Assembly: GCA_965215015.1 (NCBI GenBank) | Contig: OZ244042.1 | Span: 640,001 to 704,000, forward strand | DNA from: Candidatus Poribacteria bacterium | Lineage (GTDB): Bacteria > Poribacteria > WGA-4E > PCPOR2b | Reading direction: 5' to 3' | Length of the DNA: 64,000 nucleotides | Shown here: positions 40,027-49,740 of the stretch, piece by piece | Position numbering within the stretch: position 1 is the first letter of the stretch | How the letters are laid out: every line of letters starts with the position of its first letter | Notes under the pieces: generated by a model | Seen by the model: only the letters and a program-made list of their open reading frames with translations | Database searches by the model: none | What the model was told of the DNA's origin: nothing | Program-made: the position numbers and the translations under genes

Positions 40027-40806
40027 TTACCCGTCGTACTTTATCCAACCATACCTTACCGCAAGATCCAGCCAATCTTGGAGCGTTTTTCTGGTAGAAC
40101 TGAGATATTTACGGTCTAACAGTTGACAAAACTCCCAAGTTGCTCTCTTCTCCAATCAGACATAATGAATGTCTTTCACCTGAATCTGTCCCGTACCAAG
40201 GGCTGGATTGTAATTGAAATCTTTTGAAGAAATATATTTGAGATCATAAGCATTATACGCGACAACCTCCATGATTCCATCCATTAAACCCGAGGTTGGA
40301 TTCTTCACCGAGTAAACCCGGTGTTTGAAAGAAAGTATTACAAAAATGTAGTCTGCATCCTCAACGTATGCAGAGCGAATGCGGCTGAAGGAGGTAATGT
40401 TGGGAGATTTGCCGCTTGACTCGATATCCTCGGTTGTTGCCTTAACATCTACTTCTGCAGTAATACCCGATTCGGTCCTCCTCTCTTTCCTGAACTGGAG
40501 AATAACGTCTGCCCTATGAAGCCGTTCTTGCGCTTCGACATTGATCAGCTGGTATTTGTTGTCTTGGTACTTTACCACCTCATGAAATATCTCAAGAGCC
40601 CAGGCCTCTATAAAAGGACCGGCAATTTTGTTGATATTTTCCATCGGCAGTCCCAGCTTGAGATTGGTATTGATGATGATTTTGTTTCTGTCTCCTCCAA
40701 TCGCTTCTTGGATCATTGATTCTACCGAAGATGTCACGAATTCCGAGCACTCTGGATAGTCTTCACTTTCCTGTGGAATTTTAAACTCAAGCTCGTCGTA
40801 CTCCAT
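40027..40806 (-). pseudogene. Putative type II restriction endonuclease with a premature TGA
   Basis: ADVIL...EVDVKAT (D..DxK) and PNITSF motifs. After TGA at 40156-40158 the frame stays open for 42 codons (LEKRATWEFCQLLDRKYL...GWIKYDG) to TAA 40027, 33 bp before the MTase start. Confidence 0.7.
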
Positions 40807-40896
40807 GAAAACTCCTATTAGCAGTGGAGGGTCGGCCTGTCAAATTAGCTGAATGAGATTAACGGGAAAGGCCGCCTAAAATAACGTTGGGGCGCC

Positions 40897-41850
40897 CTAA
40901 TGTCTAAGCACCTCCTCACGGTGCCAAGCCAAGGCATCTTGCGCCGGGTAAAGTTGATTGTGTTCCGGCAACAGTATGGACTTATCTTGGAGTTCTGTCA
41001 ACCTCCACTCTGTTGGCCGCTGATCGGACATGAGCGGCGAAACAAGCACTTGATAGGTTTTGCTCAAGGAAATTAATCCTTTATCAAAACTCCAATGGTG
41101 CAGTTTACAAAGGGAGATCCCATTCCGTACGTCGTCATTTTTTGAAATGCGATACGGGATGATATGTGCAGCGTCAGTCGCGCTTTCTCCATCCATTGTA
41201 ACGATACGCAGCCCACAAACAGCGCAGGTGTAATCGTACAATCCCATGATCGCTTGCCGGAAACCTGCACTACGAATTGGCGATTCTGCTGGAATTGGTG
41301 CTGTCAGCTTCTGAGGTAAAAAGGGTTGTTCAACTTCGCTGATTAGTGCCTGTTCATACTCTGTAATCTGTTGTCCTTCTGCAATAAGACCTTCGATTCC
41401 ACCTTTGAACTCTAGAAGATAGACGCAGATAAGGGTCTGACGGATTATCTTTCGATCACCGGCATCAGTGATTAAAACAAAGAGGTCGTCATCCAAACTC
41501 GCATACGCGATAACTTCACGGAGACGAGAAATTGCTGTAATTCGATCGGCAACGTCCAATGCCTTTTCGTATCCAATGTTTGGGTGGAAATGCCAGAATC
41601 CATCGCTTTTTAAGTGGAAAAATGGCAAGGCGATATTAGGTTTCCGATTCGTTACCTTTGACCAATATCTCATGAAAGCCTCTGTCAAATCTGGGGAGAG
41701 GGGAATTTTATTTTCCCGAATTTGTCCTCGCTCAATTAGTTCGATAACGGCCAACAACAGAAGCGGCTTGTGAGGAGCGACTCCGTGTGCCCTGTCTACC
41801 CGCAAGCGTTTCATCTTTTGGACATATTTTTGTAAGGTATCGGTGGACAT
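40897..41850 (-). CDS. SBD-HNH type IV restriction endonuclease (ScoMcrA/EcoWI-like)
   Basis: N-terminal APHKPLLLL and LPFFHL; C-terminal CAVC..AAHIIP..NGISLCKLHH.SFDKG. Confidence 0.8.
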   Translation of the reverse strand: MSTDTLQKYVQKMKRLRVDRAHGVAPHKPLLLLAVIELIERGQIRENKIPLSPDLTEAFMRYWSKVTNRKPNIALPFFHLKSDGFWHFHPNIGYEKALDVADRITAISRLREVIAYASLDDDLFVLITDAGDRKIIRQTLICVYLLEFKGGIEGLIAEGQQITEYEQALISEVEQPFLPQKLTAPIPAESPIRSAGFRQAIMGLYDYTCAVCGLRIVTMDGESATDAAHIIPYRISKNDDVRNGISLCKLHHWSFDKGLISLSKTYQVLVSPLMSDQRPTEWRLTELQDKSILLPEHNQLYPAQDALAWHREEVLRH

Positions 41851-41916
41851 CTTTTTTTGTATCCTACTACAATCACTCAGGGTTAATCAACAGTAAAATC
41901 GCCAGACGTTCAATTC

Positions 41917-42918
41917 TCAATGAAAACGGGTCGGCAGGTCACACACCGCTGTGATGATTTGATCTTCCAGATTATCAGCATCGCTGTCTGGCACACGGTT
42001 ATGTCTATCCATCCAAGCGATGTTTTCTGCAAGACTCTCCACAAGCGGCGTCTCCGGTTGAAATTCGGGTATGTCTCGCACAAGTTTTGCGCCGCTATAG
42101 ATCTGCGTATGACCGAAGTTTCCACTTAACCCGCGGAACCGTTCCGGTGAAATGGCGATGAGTGTCTCTTGTGGGACGTGCACAATTTCCGCTTCAACGC
42201 CCAACGCTTGCGCGACGGTGCGATGCCATTCGTCCCATGTCCGTGCCTCCGGGTGGACAATGTTATAGACCTGACCGAAGCACTCCGACTTTCCGAGTGC
42301 CGCTGCAAATCCCACCCCTGCATCACGCGATGCGAGAAATTGGAAATAGTTCAAACCGTCCCCCGCTGAGAGAATCGGTTTGCCTTTACGCAGGCGGTCG
42401 ATCCAACTCCCATCACCCCCGACCTGTCGATGCACCGGCATTCCGGGCCCATGCGTGTAGGAAGGCTTGAAGATTGTCACAGGAAAACCGTCTTCGGCAT
42501 GTGCATCCAAGAGTAATTGATCCGCAGCAATTTTGCCACGCCCGTATTCAGATGTTCCATTCAGGGACGCAGTTTCGGGAATATTGACACCTCTAAACGG
42601 GAACGGCGGTCCATAGGTCATCACCGTTGAACAGTGAATGAATCCGTCCACCCGTCCGCGGAAGGCTCGCAGGGCAGAGGCGGCATCGTCGGTGTTATAA
42701 GAGATCATGTCGATGACGGCGTCAAATTTTTCGGGGCGCATCTTGTTCTCGAAATCATCACGGTCACGCCGATCTCCGTGAATGACCTGTATATCCGGTG
42801 GTGGCGCGTCCGGATGCTGTCCACGATTGAAAATCACCACTTCGTGGTTCCGCTTGAGCAGTGCTGCGACAATCCCACGGCTGATATTTCCGGTGCCACC
42901 GATAATCAATACTTTCAT
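41917..42918 (-). CDS. NAD-dependent epimerase/dehydratase
   Basis: IGGTGNIS Rossmann motif and YGRGK. Confidence 0.85.
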   Translation of the reverse strand: MKVLIIGGTGNISRGIVAALLKRNHEVVIFNRGQHPDAPPPDIQVIHGDRRDRDDFENKMRPEKFDAVIDMISYNTDDAASALRAFRGRVDGFIHCSTVMTYGPPFPFRGVNIPETASLNGTSEYGRGKIAADQLLLDAHAEDGFPVTIFKPSYTHGPGMPVHRQVGGDGSWIDRLRKGKPILSAGDGLNYFQFLASRDAGVGFAAALGKSECFGQVYNIVHPEARTWDEWHRTVAQALGVEAEIVHVPQETLIAISPERFRGLSGNFGHTQIYSGAKLVRDIPEFQPETPLVESLAENIAWMDRHNRVPDSDADNLEDQIITAVCDLPTRFH

Positions 42919-42935
42919 GTTTTGAACGCCCCTCC

Positions 42936-43700
42936 TTAGCCTCTATTCTCTGGAATTTCGCCCCAATTGTGTTCCGGGCAATAACCGAGTTCTTGAGCAG
43001 TTTGCTTCCAATCAAATTGAGAATCCTCGCGACCCGCAACCACGTTGTACGAACCGTACATTACGTCTTGGGTTTCAATTGCCAACTCTACCACCTGTGC
43101 TACATCACGTGGGTCAACATACACAAACCACGGTCCCGCTGGGTTTTCAGGTGCTTTCGGACCGGGATTGAGTCCATCACCGGCGATGACACCGGGACGC
43201 AGGTGGATGACGCTCAACCCGTGCGCTTGATAGTAAGCCTTCCCAACCTGTTCGCCCAAATGTTTCGCAAGCGCGTAGTGCAGTCCACCCGGATTGAACC
43301 GAAACGGTGCACCCACACGATAGGGCAGCTCACCCCCCGGAGACGGGCTACAGGCGGAGATACTCGAAATGTTGACGAGCCTTTGTACCCCGCTCGTCGC
43401 GCAGGCTTCAGCGATATTCCACGTTCCCTTGACCATCACATCGGCAAACAGCCATGCCGGCTTATCAAACCGCTCGCGCACCAATGCTACGAGGTGGACG
43501 ACGGCGTCGTGTCCTTCACAAACCTTTTCGATCTCGATGTAATTCGTTATGTCAGCCTGCATGAAGGGTAAATCTTTGAAATACGGCTTGGGTTCAACCC
43601 GATCGGTAAGTGTGAGTTCATATTTGGATCGCAGGCGCTTGATGATGAAACTAGCGAGATACCCCGCTGCACCGGTGATGAGGATTTTCCTGATTGTCAT
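42936..43700 (-). CDS. NAD-dependent epimerase/dehydrogenase (extended SDR)
   Basis: ITGAAGYL, NISS and YALAK motifs. Confidence 0.85.
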   Translation of the reverse strand: MTIRKILITGAAGYLASFIIKRLRSKYELTLTDRVEPKPYFKDLPFMQADITNYIEIEKVCEGHDAVVHLVALVRERFDKPAWLFADVMVKGTWNIAEACATSGVQRLVNISSISACSPSPGGELPYRVGAPFRFNPGGLHYALAKHLGEQVGKAYYQAHGLSVIHLRPGVIAGDGLNPGPKAPENPAGPWFVYVDPRDVAQVVELAIETQDVMYGSYNVVAGREDSQFDWKQTAQELGYCPEHNWGEIPENRG

Positions 43701-43714
43701 ACGTTAATTTTCTC

Positions 43715-44734
43715 CTACCCGACAGGATCGGGGTTTGAATCAGCTTTTACCAAGCTGCCGAGGTCTTGACTTTTGATAGCCGCCTCTACTAATGCGAGTG
43801 TGCACATCGCGTCCCCAAAGTCCGATCTGATCAATGAGCAATCTCCCGTTTCGATGGCGCGGAGCCACGCCGAAATCTTATCGAAACCGAGGTTATTTTC
43901 AGCGGGCACGGATTCATTAAAGTCGTTTCCATGCAAATAGCCGATGATTCGGGCGCTGCTGGTGCCTCCCTGGGCCCCGGCCTGAAGGCGTAAGTGAGGA
44001 CCAATAACCTCTAGCTCGAAACCGTTTCTTTCTGTGCCGCAATGGTTCATGTGCGTACCGAAGACGCCGTTATCGAGTTCATACATCATCTGGAGGGCGT
44101 TTTCAGCGTCAAACTCGGTTCGATCCAATGCCATATTCTTGGCACCGAGTGCGTGTGCTTGAACCGGCTCAGCGTTTCCCATGATGAAGCGGACACAATC
44201 GAGGATATGAATCGCTTGCTCGGCGATGGGACCTCCGCTGATTTGACGTTGCAAGAACCACGGTGACATCCGAAAGTTGAGGTAATAATCAACTGTACAA
44301 GCAGTATGAGCGAGATGCACCGTTTCACCTTCCAGCAATTCTTTGAGTCGTTCATAGATTGGGGTATATCGCAGTTGAAAGCCGACCGCGGTAATCACCG
44401 CAGCATTCTTGATATGTGCGAAGCAGGCACGTCCCTCAGTCATGCTTAAGGCAGGCGGCTTTTCAATCATCAGATGGATATCGCGTTCACAAGCCCTTCG
44501 TACCGGCTCAAGCCGCACAGGGGGCGGTGCGGTGATGACCAACCCATCCATTTTAGGCTCGAAGAACCGTTCAAAATCATCCGTAGCGATTTTTGCACCT
44601 GCTATCGTCGCAAGCTCCTGCGCCGCCGACAGATGAAGGTCGTGAACTGCGACGACTTGTGCGCCGTAGGCAGCGATAGTGCTTTGATGGCGGTGTCCCA
44701 TCTGTCCGGCACCGACAATTCCAATTTTCAGCAT
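43715..44734 (-). CDS. Gfo/Idh/MocA-family oxidoreductase
   Basis: GIVGAGQMG, IEKPP and GGPIAEQAIH motifs. Confidence 0.88.
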   Translation of the reverse strand: MLKIGIVGAGQMGHRHQSTIAAYGAQVVAVHDLHLSAAQELATIAGAKIATDDFERFFEPKMDGLVITAPPPVRLEPVRRACERDIHLMIEKPPALSMTEGRACFAHIKNAAVITAVGFQLRYTPIYERLKELLEGETVHLAHTACTVDYYLNFRMSPWFLQRQISGGPIAEQAIHILDCVRFIMGNAEPVQAHALGAKNMALDRTEFDAENALQMMYELDNGVFGTHMNHCGTERNGFELEVIGPHLRLQAGAQGGTSSARIIGYLHGNDFNESVPAENNLGFDKISAWLRAIETGDCSLIRSDFGDAMCTLALVEAAIKSQDLGSLVKADSNPDPVG

Positions 44735-44793
44735 GTCTCCTCCTTACGCCCCGCGCCAAGGGAAGCTCCTCTTATTTGGAAAGGTATTGATTC

Positions 44794-45984
44794 TTACAGC
44801 CATCCTGCAACCGCCCAAATCACACTCGATCGACTGAAGGGGGCATCCTTGAGGGCCTCGACTCCCGAAATCGGATGCCCTCCATATTTGCGCTCATACG
44901 TTTCGTGAATCTGGCGTTCGAGACCCGTCATTTCTTGAATCGGCAAGGTTATCCACGCGCCTCCGCGTCGGGCACTCTCCCGAATTGCAATCCACAGTTC
45001 CAGATCTCGTCGGGCGTTGATAGGTCCATACACAGGCTCAATATCCTCCGTCACGGCGCGGTACATACTGAGGAGGATGCTCGCTTTGGCGATGTCATCT
45101 GATGCAGAGATCTTGTACTTCGCAAACGGGTTCGACCACACAATCGGCGGAGAGGTCTCTACCCGAACATGGTCTAACACCTGTTCACCGTCAACCTCCG
45201 TATAGACCTCCTCAATCTGATAATCTCCACCGTCGTTGTAAAGGGTCAACTGATTCCCGGAGAGATGTCCCTCCGTGCCTTCAATCTCCCAGTAGCTGCC
45301 ACGCGCACCCGGGGGCGGCATCTCGTAGAGGCAAGTGATTCCTCCAGGAAACTCAATGATACCCGACTCCCACCACCTTGTCCTCATCGCTTCGTTGCCG
45401 TAGCCGGTGTAGGGTTGCGTTGGGACCTCGCTAGCGTATCCCAAGGCACGGATTGGCTCGCAGCCGAGGATCATGCGAATCGCGTTGATGCCGTGATAGC
45501 TGCCCGATGCGTACCAGAGCCGTGCATGTCGAGCCTTTCCAAGTAATCCCGCCCGGACGATTTTCTGTTTCAACTGCTCATGAGGCCAATGCCAGACGTT
45601 CTCAGCGATTTCGTATTTAACGCCGTTCTGTCGGCACGTCTCCGTGATGGCGTCTGCTATAGGCAACGAGATGGCGATGGGGATTTCGGTCATGACGTTG
45701 ATACGATGCTTGGCAACCGTCATCGCCATGACGTTGAGCGAATCGGTTGGCGTCAGGCAGAAGACTACATCCGGCTCTTCGGATTGAAGCATCTCTTCAA
45801 CATCTGTGTATTGCGCTGGGATGTCGTAGGTTTCGGCTGCGGCACGGCAGGCCTCGGCGTTTCTGTCACAGATGGCGCAAAATGTGTAGAGATGTGTCAG
45901 TTGCTTGATGACCGCCTGATAGGCGCGTGAGCGGGAGGTTTCGTAAGCCCCGGCACCGATTACGGCGATTCGTAAAGGATTCAT
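44794..45984 (-). CDS. Gfo/Idh/MocA-family oxidoreductase (atypical EIP for EKP)
   Basis: IAVIGAG, AICD, VMTEIPIA and IAEN motifs. Confidence 0.8.
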   Translation of the reverse strand: MNPLRIAVIGAGAYETSRSRAYQAVIKQLTHLYTFCAICDRNAEACRAAAETYDIPAQYTDVEEMLQSEEPDVVFCLTPTDSLNVMAMTVAKHRINVMTEIPIAISLPIADAITETCRQNGVKYEIAENVWHWPHEQLKQKIVRAGLLGKARHARLWYASGSYHGINAIRMILGCEPIRALGYASEVPTQPYTGYGNEAMRTRWWESGIIEFPGGITCLYEMPPPGARGSYWEIEGTEGHLSGNQLTLYNDGGDYQIEEVYTEVDGEQVLDHVRVETSPPIVWSNPFAKYKISASDDIAKASILLSMYRAVTEDIEPVYGPINARRDLELWIAIRESARRGGAWITLPIQEMTGLERQIHETYERKYGGHPISGVEALKDAPFSRSSVIWAVAGWL

Positions 45985-46085
45985 TGGTATCTCCTCCGAA
46001 TGCGCGAAATTATGAGTTAACGCAGGTTGTCACCTGTCGCCCGTCCCGATGCTGGATCGGGGCTCAAAGCAACTTGAGGTGATTA

Positions 46086-46148
46086 AAGTAGTAGGCTGCA
46101 CAAGGGTTAGGGTATAAAGAGGTTACAGCATACGGAGTATGCCTACTA
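46086..46148. repeat. GTAG-type REP-like element
   Basis: AAGTAGTAGGC at 46086 and inverted GCATACGGAGTATGCCTACTA ending 46148; related to the 50981 and 59618 copies. Confidence 0.6.
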
Positions 46149-46188
46149 ATAGCAATTTGGTTTATAATTAACCTAATGGATCGGTGTT

Positions 46189-47178
46189 CTATTTCCGAGA
46201 CAGCGTTTGAACCAACCACGGCAATGATTGTTCCCCTGAAAAGAGGTGTCCGGCATCAAATTCTTGTAGGATAATCCGGTCACCGGCATTCGCAGCGCGA
46301 TAGATCTGCTGCGCCATCTCAAAGGCAGGGTGTACCGGGCGGCTCACGTCCGCTGTCCCCCACTCTACAAAGATTGGGCGCGGCGCAATGAGTCCTGCGA
46401 TGTCAGGCATCTCACAGAGTTCGCCGATTCCTTTCGGATGGTGGCAGATACAGTGCCCAAACCATGAGGTCTGCGCGAAGGTTGTAAAATAACCGCTTAA
46501 CACCGCTGCTTGAACCCGCTCATCCAGCGCAGCATGAACGATGCCAAGCCAGCAACCGCCGGATAATCCCGCAATCCCGATTCGCCTTTCATCGACCTCC
46601 GGCAGACTTTGGAGGTACTCCACGCTCCGCATCAGGTCATAGACCCGATAGCCTGTCAGGTCGTATCCGAGATAATTCAGGCGTCGCCAGAGAAAATCAC
46701 AACTGCCGGACGGGTGAGCGCGTTCGCCCATCCCAGCGTTATCGGGGCACAACGTGATGACGCCCTGCTCCGCGAGATCACGACCGTAGGGGGCACCAAA
46801 CTGTTCATCACCGAAGATGACGCTCTCCTTACCACCCGGAACATGGCCGTGGATGCAGAGTACGGCTGGCGTCTTTGCCGTAACGCCTTTCGGAATTGAT
46901 AGATAAGCGGGAATCGGAGCATCCTTCCGTGAGTGGTAGATTACTTTGTGAATCGTGCACTTGTCATGCGATTTGATGGAAACGATTTGCGGATTTAGAG
47001 GAAACGCTTCGTCCGGGAAAGGTCCAAGCTGCTCTCGCAGTTCGGGAAGCAGTTGGGTTCGCCAATTACGCCACGCATCAACGGTATCCCCGTCGAATGA
47101 TAAACGAGGTCTGTGATCTGCGAAATCACAGTCGAGGAGCTCTGCCGATGAGAATTGTATTTCAGATGATGGAGGCAT
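46189..47178 (-). CDS. Alpha/beta hydrolase (dienelactone hydrolase or acetylxylan esterase-like)
   Basis: CIHGH, nucleophile elbow GLSGG, IAPRP and C-terminal GH. Confidence 0.82.
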   Translation of the reverse strand: MPPSSEIQFSSAELLDCDFADHRPRLSFDGDTVDAWRNWRTQLLPELREQLGPFPDEAFPLNPQIVSIKSHDKCTIHKVIYHSRKDAPIPAYLSIPKGVTAKTPAVLCIHGHVPGGKESVIFGDEQFGAPYGRDLAEQGVITLCPDNAGMGERAHPSGSCDFLWRRLNYLGYDLTGYRVYDLMRSVEYLQSLPEVDERRIGIAGLSGGCWLGIVHAALDERVQAAVLSGYFTTFAQTSWFGHCICHHPKGIGELCEMPDIAGLIAPRPIFVEWGTADVSRPVHPAFEMAQQIYRAANAGDRIILQEFDAGHLFSGEQSLPWLVQTLSRK

Positions 47179-47199
47179 GCCTTAGCTCTCCTGTTATTA

Positions 47200-49455
47200 T
47201 TAGAGGTTCCAGAGATAAGAAACCTTGAACACGACGACCCTATCGCCCAGCTGTAGTTCCCCTTCATCAGTCTGCCAATCCTCATTATACGCAACGAAGA
47301 TATGGCTTTTGGGGCTATATTCCCAACCGAAAAGGGTGCTGACCAGATAGTTCTCACGAACCTCGATCTGATCAAAAGCAGTGCGCTCACGCCCCGCTTG
47401 CGTGAACACCCTAAAAAATAAATCTCGTGTAAACAGATAGGTAACGCGCAGAGAGCTCGTGAAAAAGCGTCCATCAATGACATCCCCCTGTGTCAAACTC
47501 AGAGCATAACTGCTTTCAAGGTCAATGGTGAAATTGCTCTGCGGGCGGATAGTAGTTGAGAGGGAAAGCTGCCGTTGCTTCCCCACCGCCTGCCGCGAGA
47601 AATTGAAATAATTTCCTATTCCTCCATCCAGGCCGACCGAAACGGGCTTCGCAGCATTTGTTAGGAGGGAAACTTCATATCTGTCTGTCGTAAATACCTC
47701 CGTCAGCTCAACCTCCCGCCTGCGTCCATAAGATAAGCCAATCCCCTCCCAGAAGGATTCGGTGGGTCGCCAATCCGTCCAGGTGTTGAAGTACCAAGCG
47801 ATTAAATCCTCTTCAAATTCCGGTGAAAGGGTCAGATCTGGATCGTTCTGTTCCCAATCGTCAAAATATGTATCGGTGAACAGATCCTGAGAAACTGTGC
47901 CACGAACGCCGAAAGCAGCACGATGCGGTCCAAACCGAGGAATATAGGTTGTCATGAAATTCATTTGCTGCCAACCTCGGTATCTCTCTTTGCGGAGAAA
48001 TCCTGTCTCATTTGCTTCAAATAGCGGATCGATTCGTTCTAGCCTCACTCTGGCGTTCCAGAGGTAATTGCTTTGAGCAAGTTCAACGAGGTACGCTTTA
48101 TTCCTTGCGCTTTCGTCTGGATTTTCTGGATCTTCGCTGGGATTAAAACTCATCGCATATTGTCCCGACAACCGATAGGTTTTAAGAAAGAACAGGTCCG
48201 TGTCGAATCCTCCTACCCGCCCGTAGCCCTCTTCCTCATCAAGGTGCTCTTTGTTGGCGAAGATTAGTCCAACGCTGGAGCGTTCTAGGATATCTCTCTT
48301 CAACCGGACCGTCGAATATAACGCCTCTTCCTTGGCTGCGGACTCTTGACCAATTTCTAGCGCACCGACATTGCCTGTTTGACTACCAAGGATACCGAGA
48401 GAATAACCGCCGATCTTGCCGGTCATTTTGCCCCCCCAGAGGATGTCCCCTTGCCTGCCGATCCGCCGACTATAAAAGAGCTCCAACGGTGTTTCAAAAA
48501 AGCTGTTTCCTTCGACGAAGAAAGGACGCCGCTCCGGGAAACGGGTCGGAAAGCGAGTCAGGTTAATCTCTAACTGATCCGCCTCTACTTGTGCGAAATC
48601 CGGGTTGACAGTGACGTTTGTCTTGAGTGTGCCAGTCAGATTATATTGAACATCGAGTCCTGCCCCCAGTTGGCCATCGAGTGATTCGGTGTCGGACACC
48701 CCACCCAGAAGATAGGGCGAGATTTCAAACGGTTTGCCCCCACCGATGTCCTTTAGCCCAACCATAAGCCCGAGATCGGACATCCGCGTGGTCGCCCCGG
48801 CTTGGGTCATCTGCTTCCAAACAGTGACCTCATTTTTTCTCCGATGTACCCGTTCAACGTCGAATCCCCACACCTGTTCTGACTTATCGGGGAAGCGGAA
48901 ATTTGCGAACGGGATCTTGAACTCCGCGACCCACCCCTGCTCATCAATACTTGTTTCTAACCACCAGATGCCTCTCCAGCTAGAGTCAGACCGGATGTCG
49001 TCGAAACGGTACGAATCGCTCTGGACGCCGCCGGGGGTGGTTGCAAATTTATAGCCGGTGCGATGGTCATGATGCGGGTCCATGAAAAAGGATATCACGT
49101 CTGAGTCGTAGATGCCCCCATCCCGCCGCACAATGCGATTGACAGCTTTATCAGGTGAGGCATCATAGCACCGAAAAGCGACGTAGAGGTGGTGCGGGTC
49201 ATACACGATGTAAAACGCTGTATCATCGGTGGCGGGTTTGCCCCGATCGGGCACCAGTTGAATGAAGCCGTCCACGGACTTTGCCTTTTGCCACGCGGGG
49301 TCGTCAAGTTTTCCATCGATCTTCGGAGGGGGAATGCCAGGTTCGAGCTGGTAGGCTTCTACAACGTACTTTGCTGATTCAGGCTCGTGTGCAGACAAAG
49401 TCTCGGCAAAAAAAGTGAGAAGTACCACAATATTAACAAAGATCCATTTGGGCAT
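47200..49455 (-). CDS. CBM9-like plus DUF5916 domain protein
   Basis: Signal peptide, IDGKLDDPAW, AEFKIPF and NPDFAQVEAD..NL.RF...PERRPFF.EG motifs. Confidence 0.85.
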   Translation of the reverse strand: MPKWIFVNIVVLLTFFAETLSAHEPESAKYVVEAYQLEPGIPPPKIDGKLDDPAWQKAKSVDGFIQLVPDRGKPATDDTAFYIVYDPHHLYVAFRCYDASPDKAVNRIVRRDGGIYDSDVISFFMDPHHDHRTGYKFATTPGGVQSDSYRFDDIRSDSSWRGIWWLETSIDEQGWVAEFKIPFANFRFPDKSEQVWGFDVERVHRRKNEVTVWKQMTQAGATTRMSDLGLMVGLKDIGGGKPFEISPYLLGGVSDTESLDGQLGAGLDVQYNLTGTLKTNVTVNPDFAQVEADQLEINLTRFPTRFPERRPFFVEGNSFFETPLELFYSRRIGRQGDILWGGKMTGKIGGYSLGILGSQTGNVGALEIGQESAAKEEALYSTVRLKRDILERSSVGLIFANKEHLDEEEGYGRVGGFDTDLFFLKTYRLSGQYAMSFNPSEDPENPDESARNKAYLVELAQSNYLWNARVRLERIDPLFEANETGFLRKERYRGWQQMNFMTTYIPRFGPHRAAFGVRGTVSQDLFTDTYFDDWEQNDPDLTLSPEFEEDLIAWYFNTWTDWRPTESFWEGIGLSYGRRREVELTEVFTTDRYEVSLLTNAAKPVSVGLDGGIGNYFNFSRQAVGKQRQLSLSTTIRPQSNFTIDLESSYALSLTQGDVIDGRFFTSSLRVTYLFTRDLFFRVFTQAGRERTAFDQIEVRENYLVSTLFGWEYSPKSHIFVAYNEDWQTDEGELQLGDRVVVFKVSYLWNL

Positions 49456-49740
49456 TAATCACGCTCCTTATATCGTATTTTGGTTTGAAACTTTCTATTT
49501 TAACGCAAGTTGCTAGACAACCTGTAGGTCAAGTTTCCAGACTCGACACCGAACTGGAAACAACTTACTTATAGATGGCACATCAACCTATTGAGCGAGC
49601 GAACCAGGCCCCTACGATTAGGTGTTTATCAGCAAATGACGGACACGCCTCACATAAATGTCAACAGCATCTAGCAACTTGGGTATTTCAACTAAGTCTC
49701 CAATATCAGAATTTTCTATTTAGATTATACGGACACACGC

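Noticed and set aside
40156-40158. In-frame TGA as selenocysteine or alternative genetic code
   Set aside because: Not a redox-site context, no obvious SECIS, and TGA is used as a normal stop in other genes of the window. A nonsense mutation is simpler.
42969-43571. Long antisense ORFs (also 7299-7949, 62355-62933)
   Set aside because: They are shadows of well-supported genes on the opposite strand with no motifs of their own.
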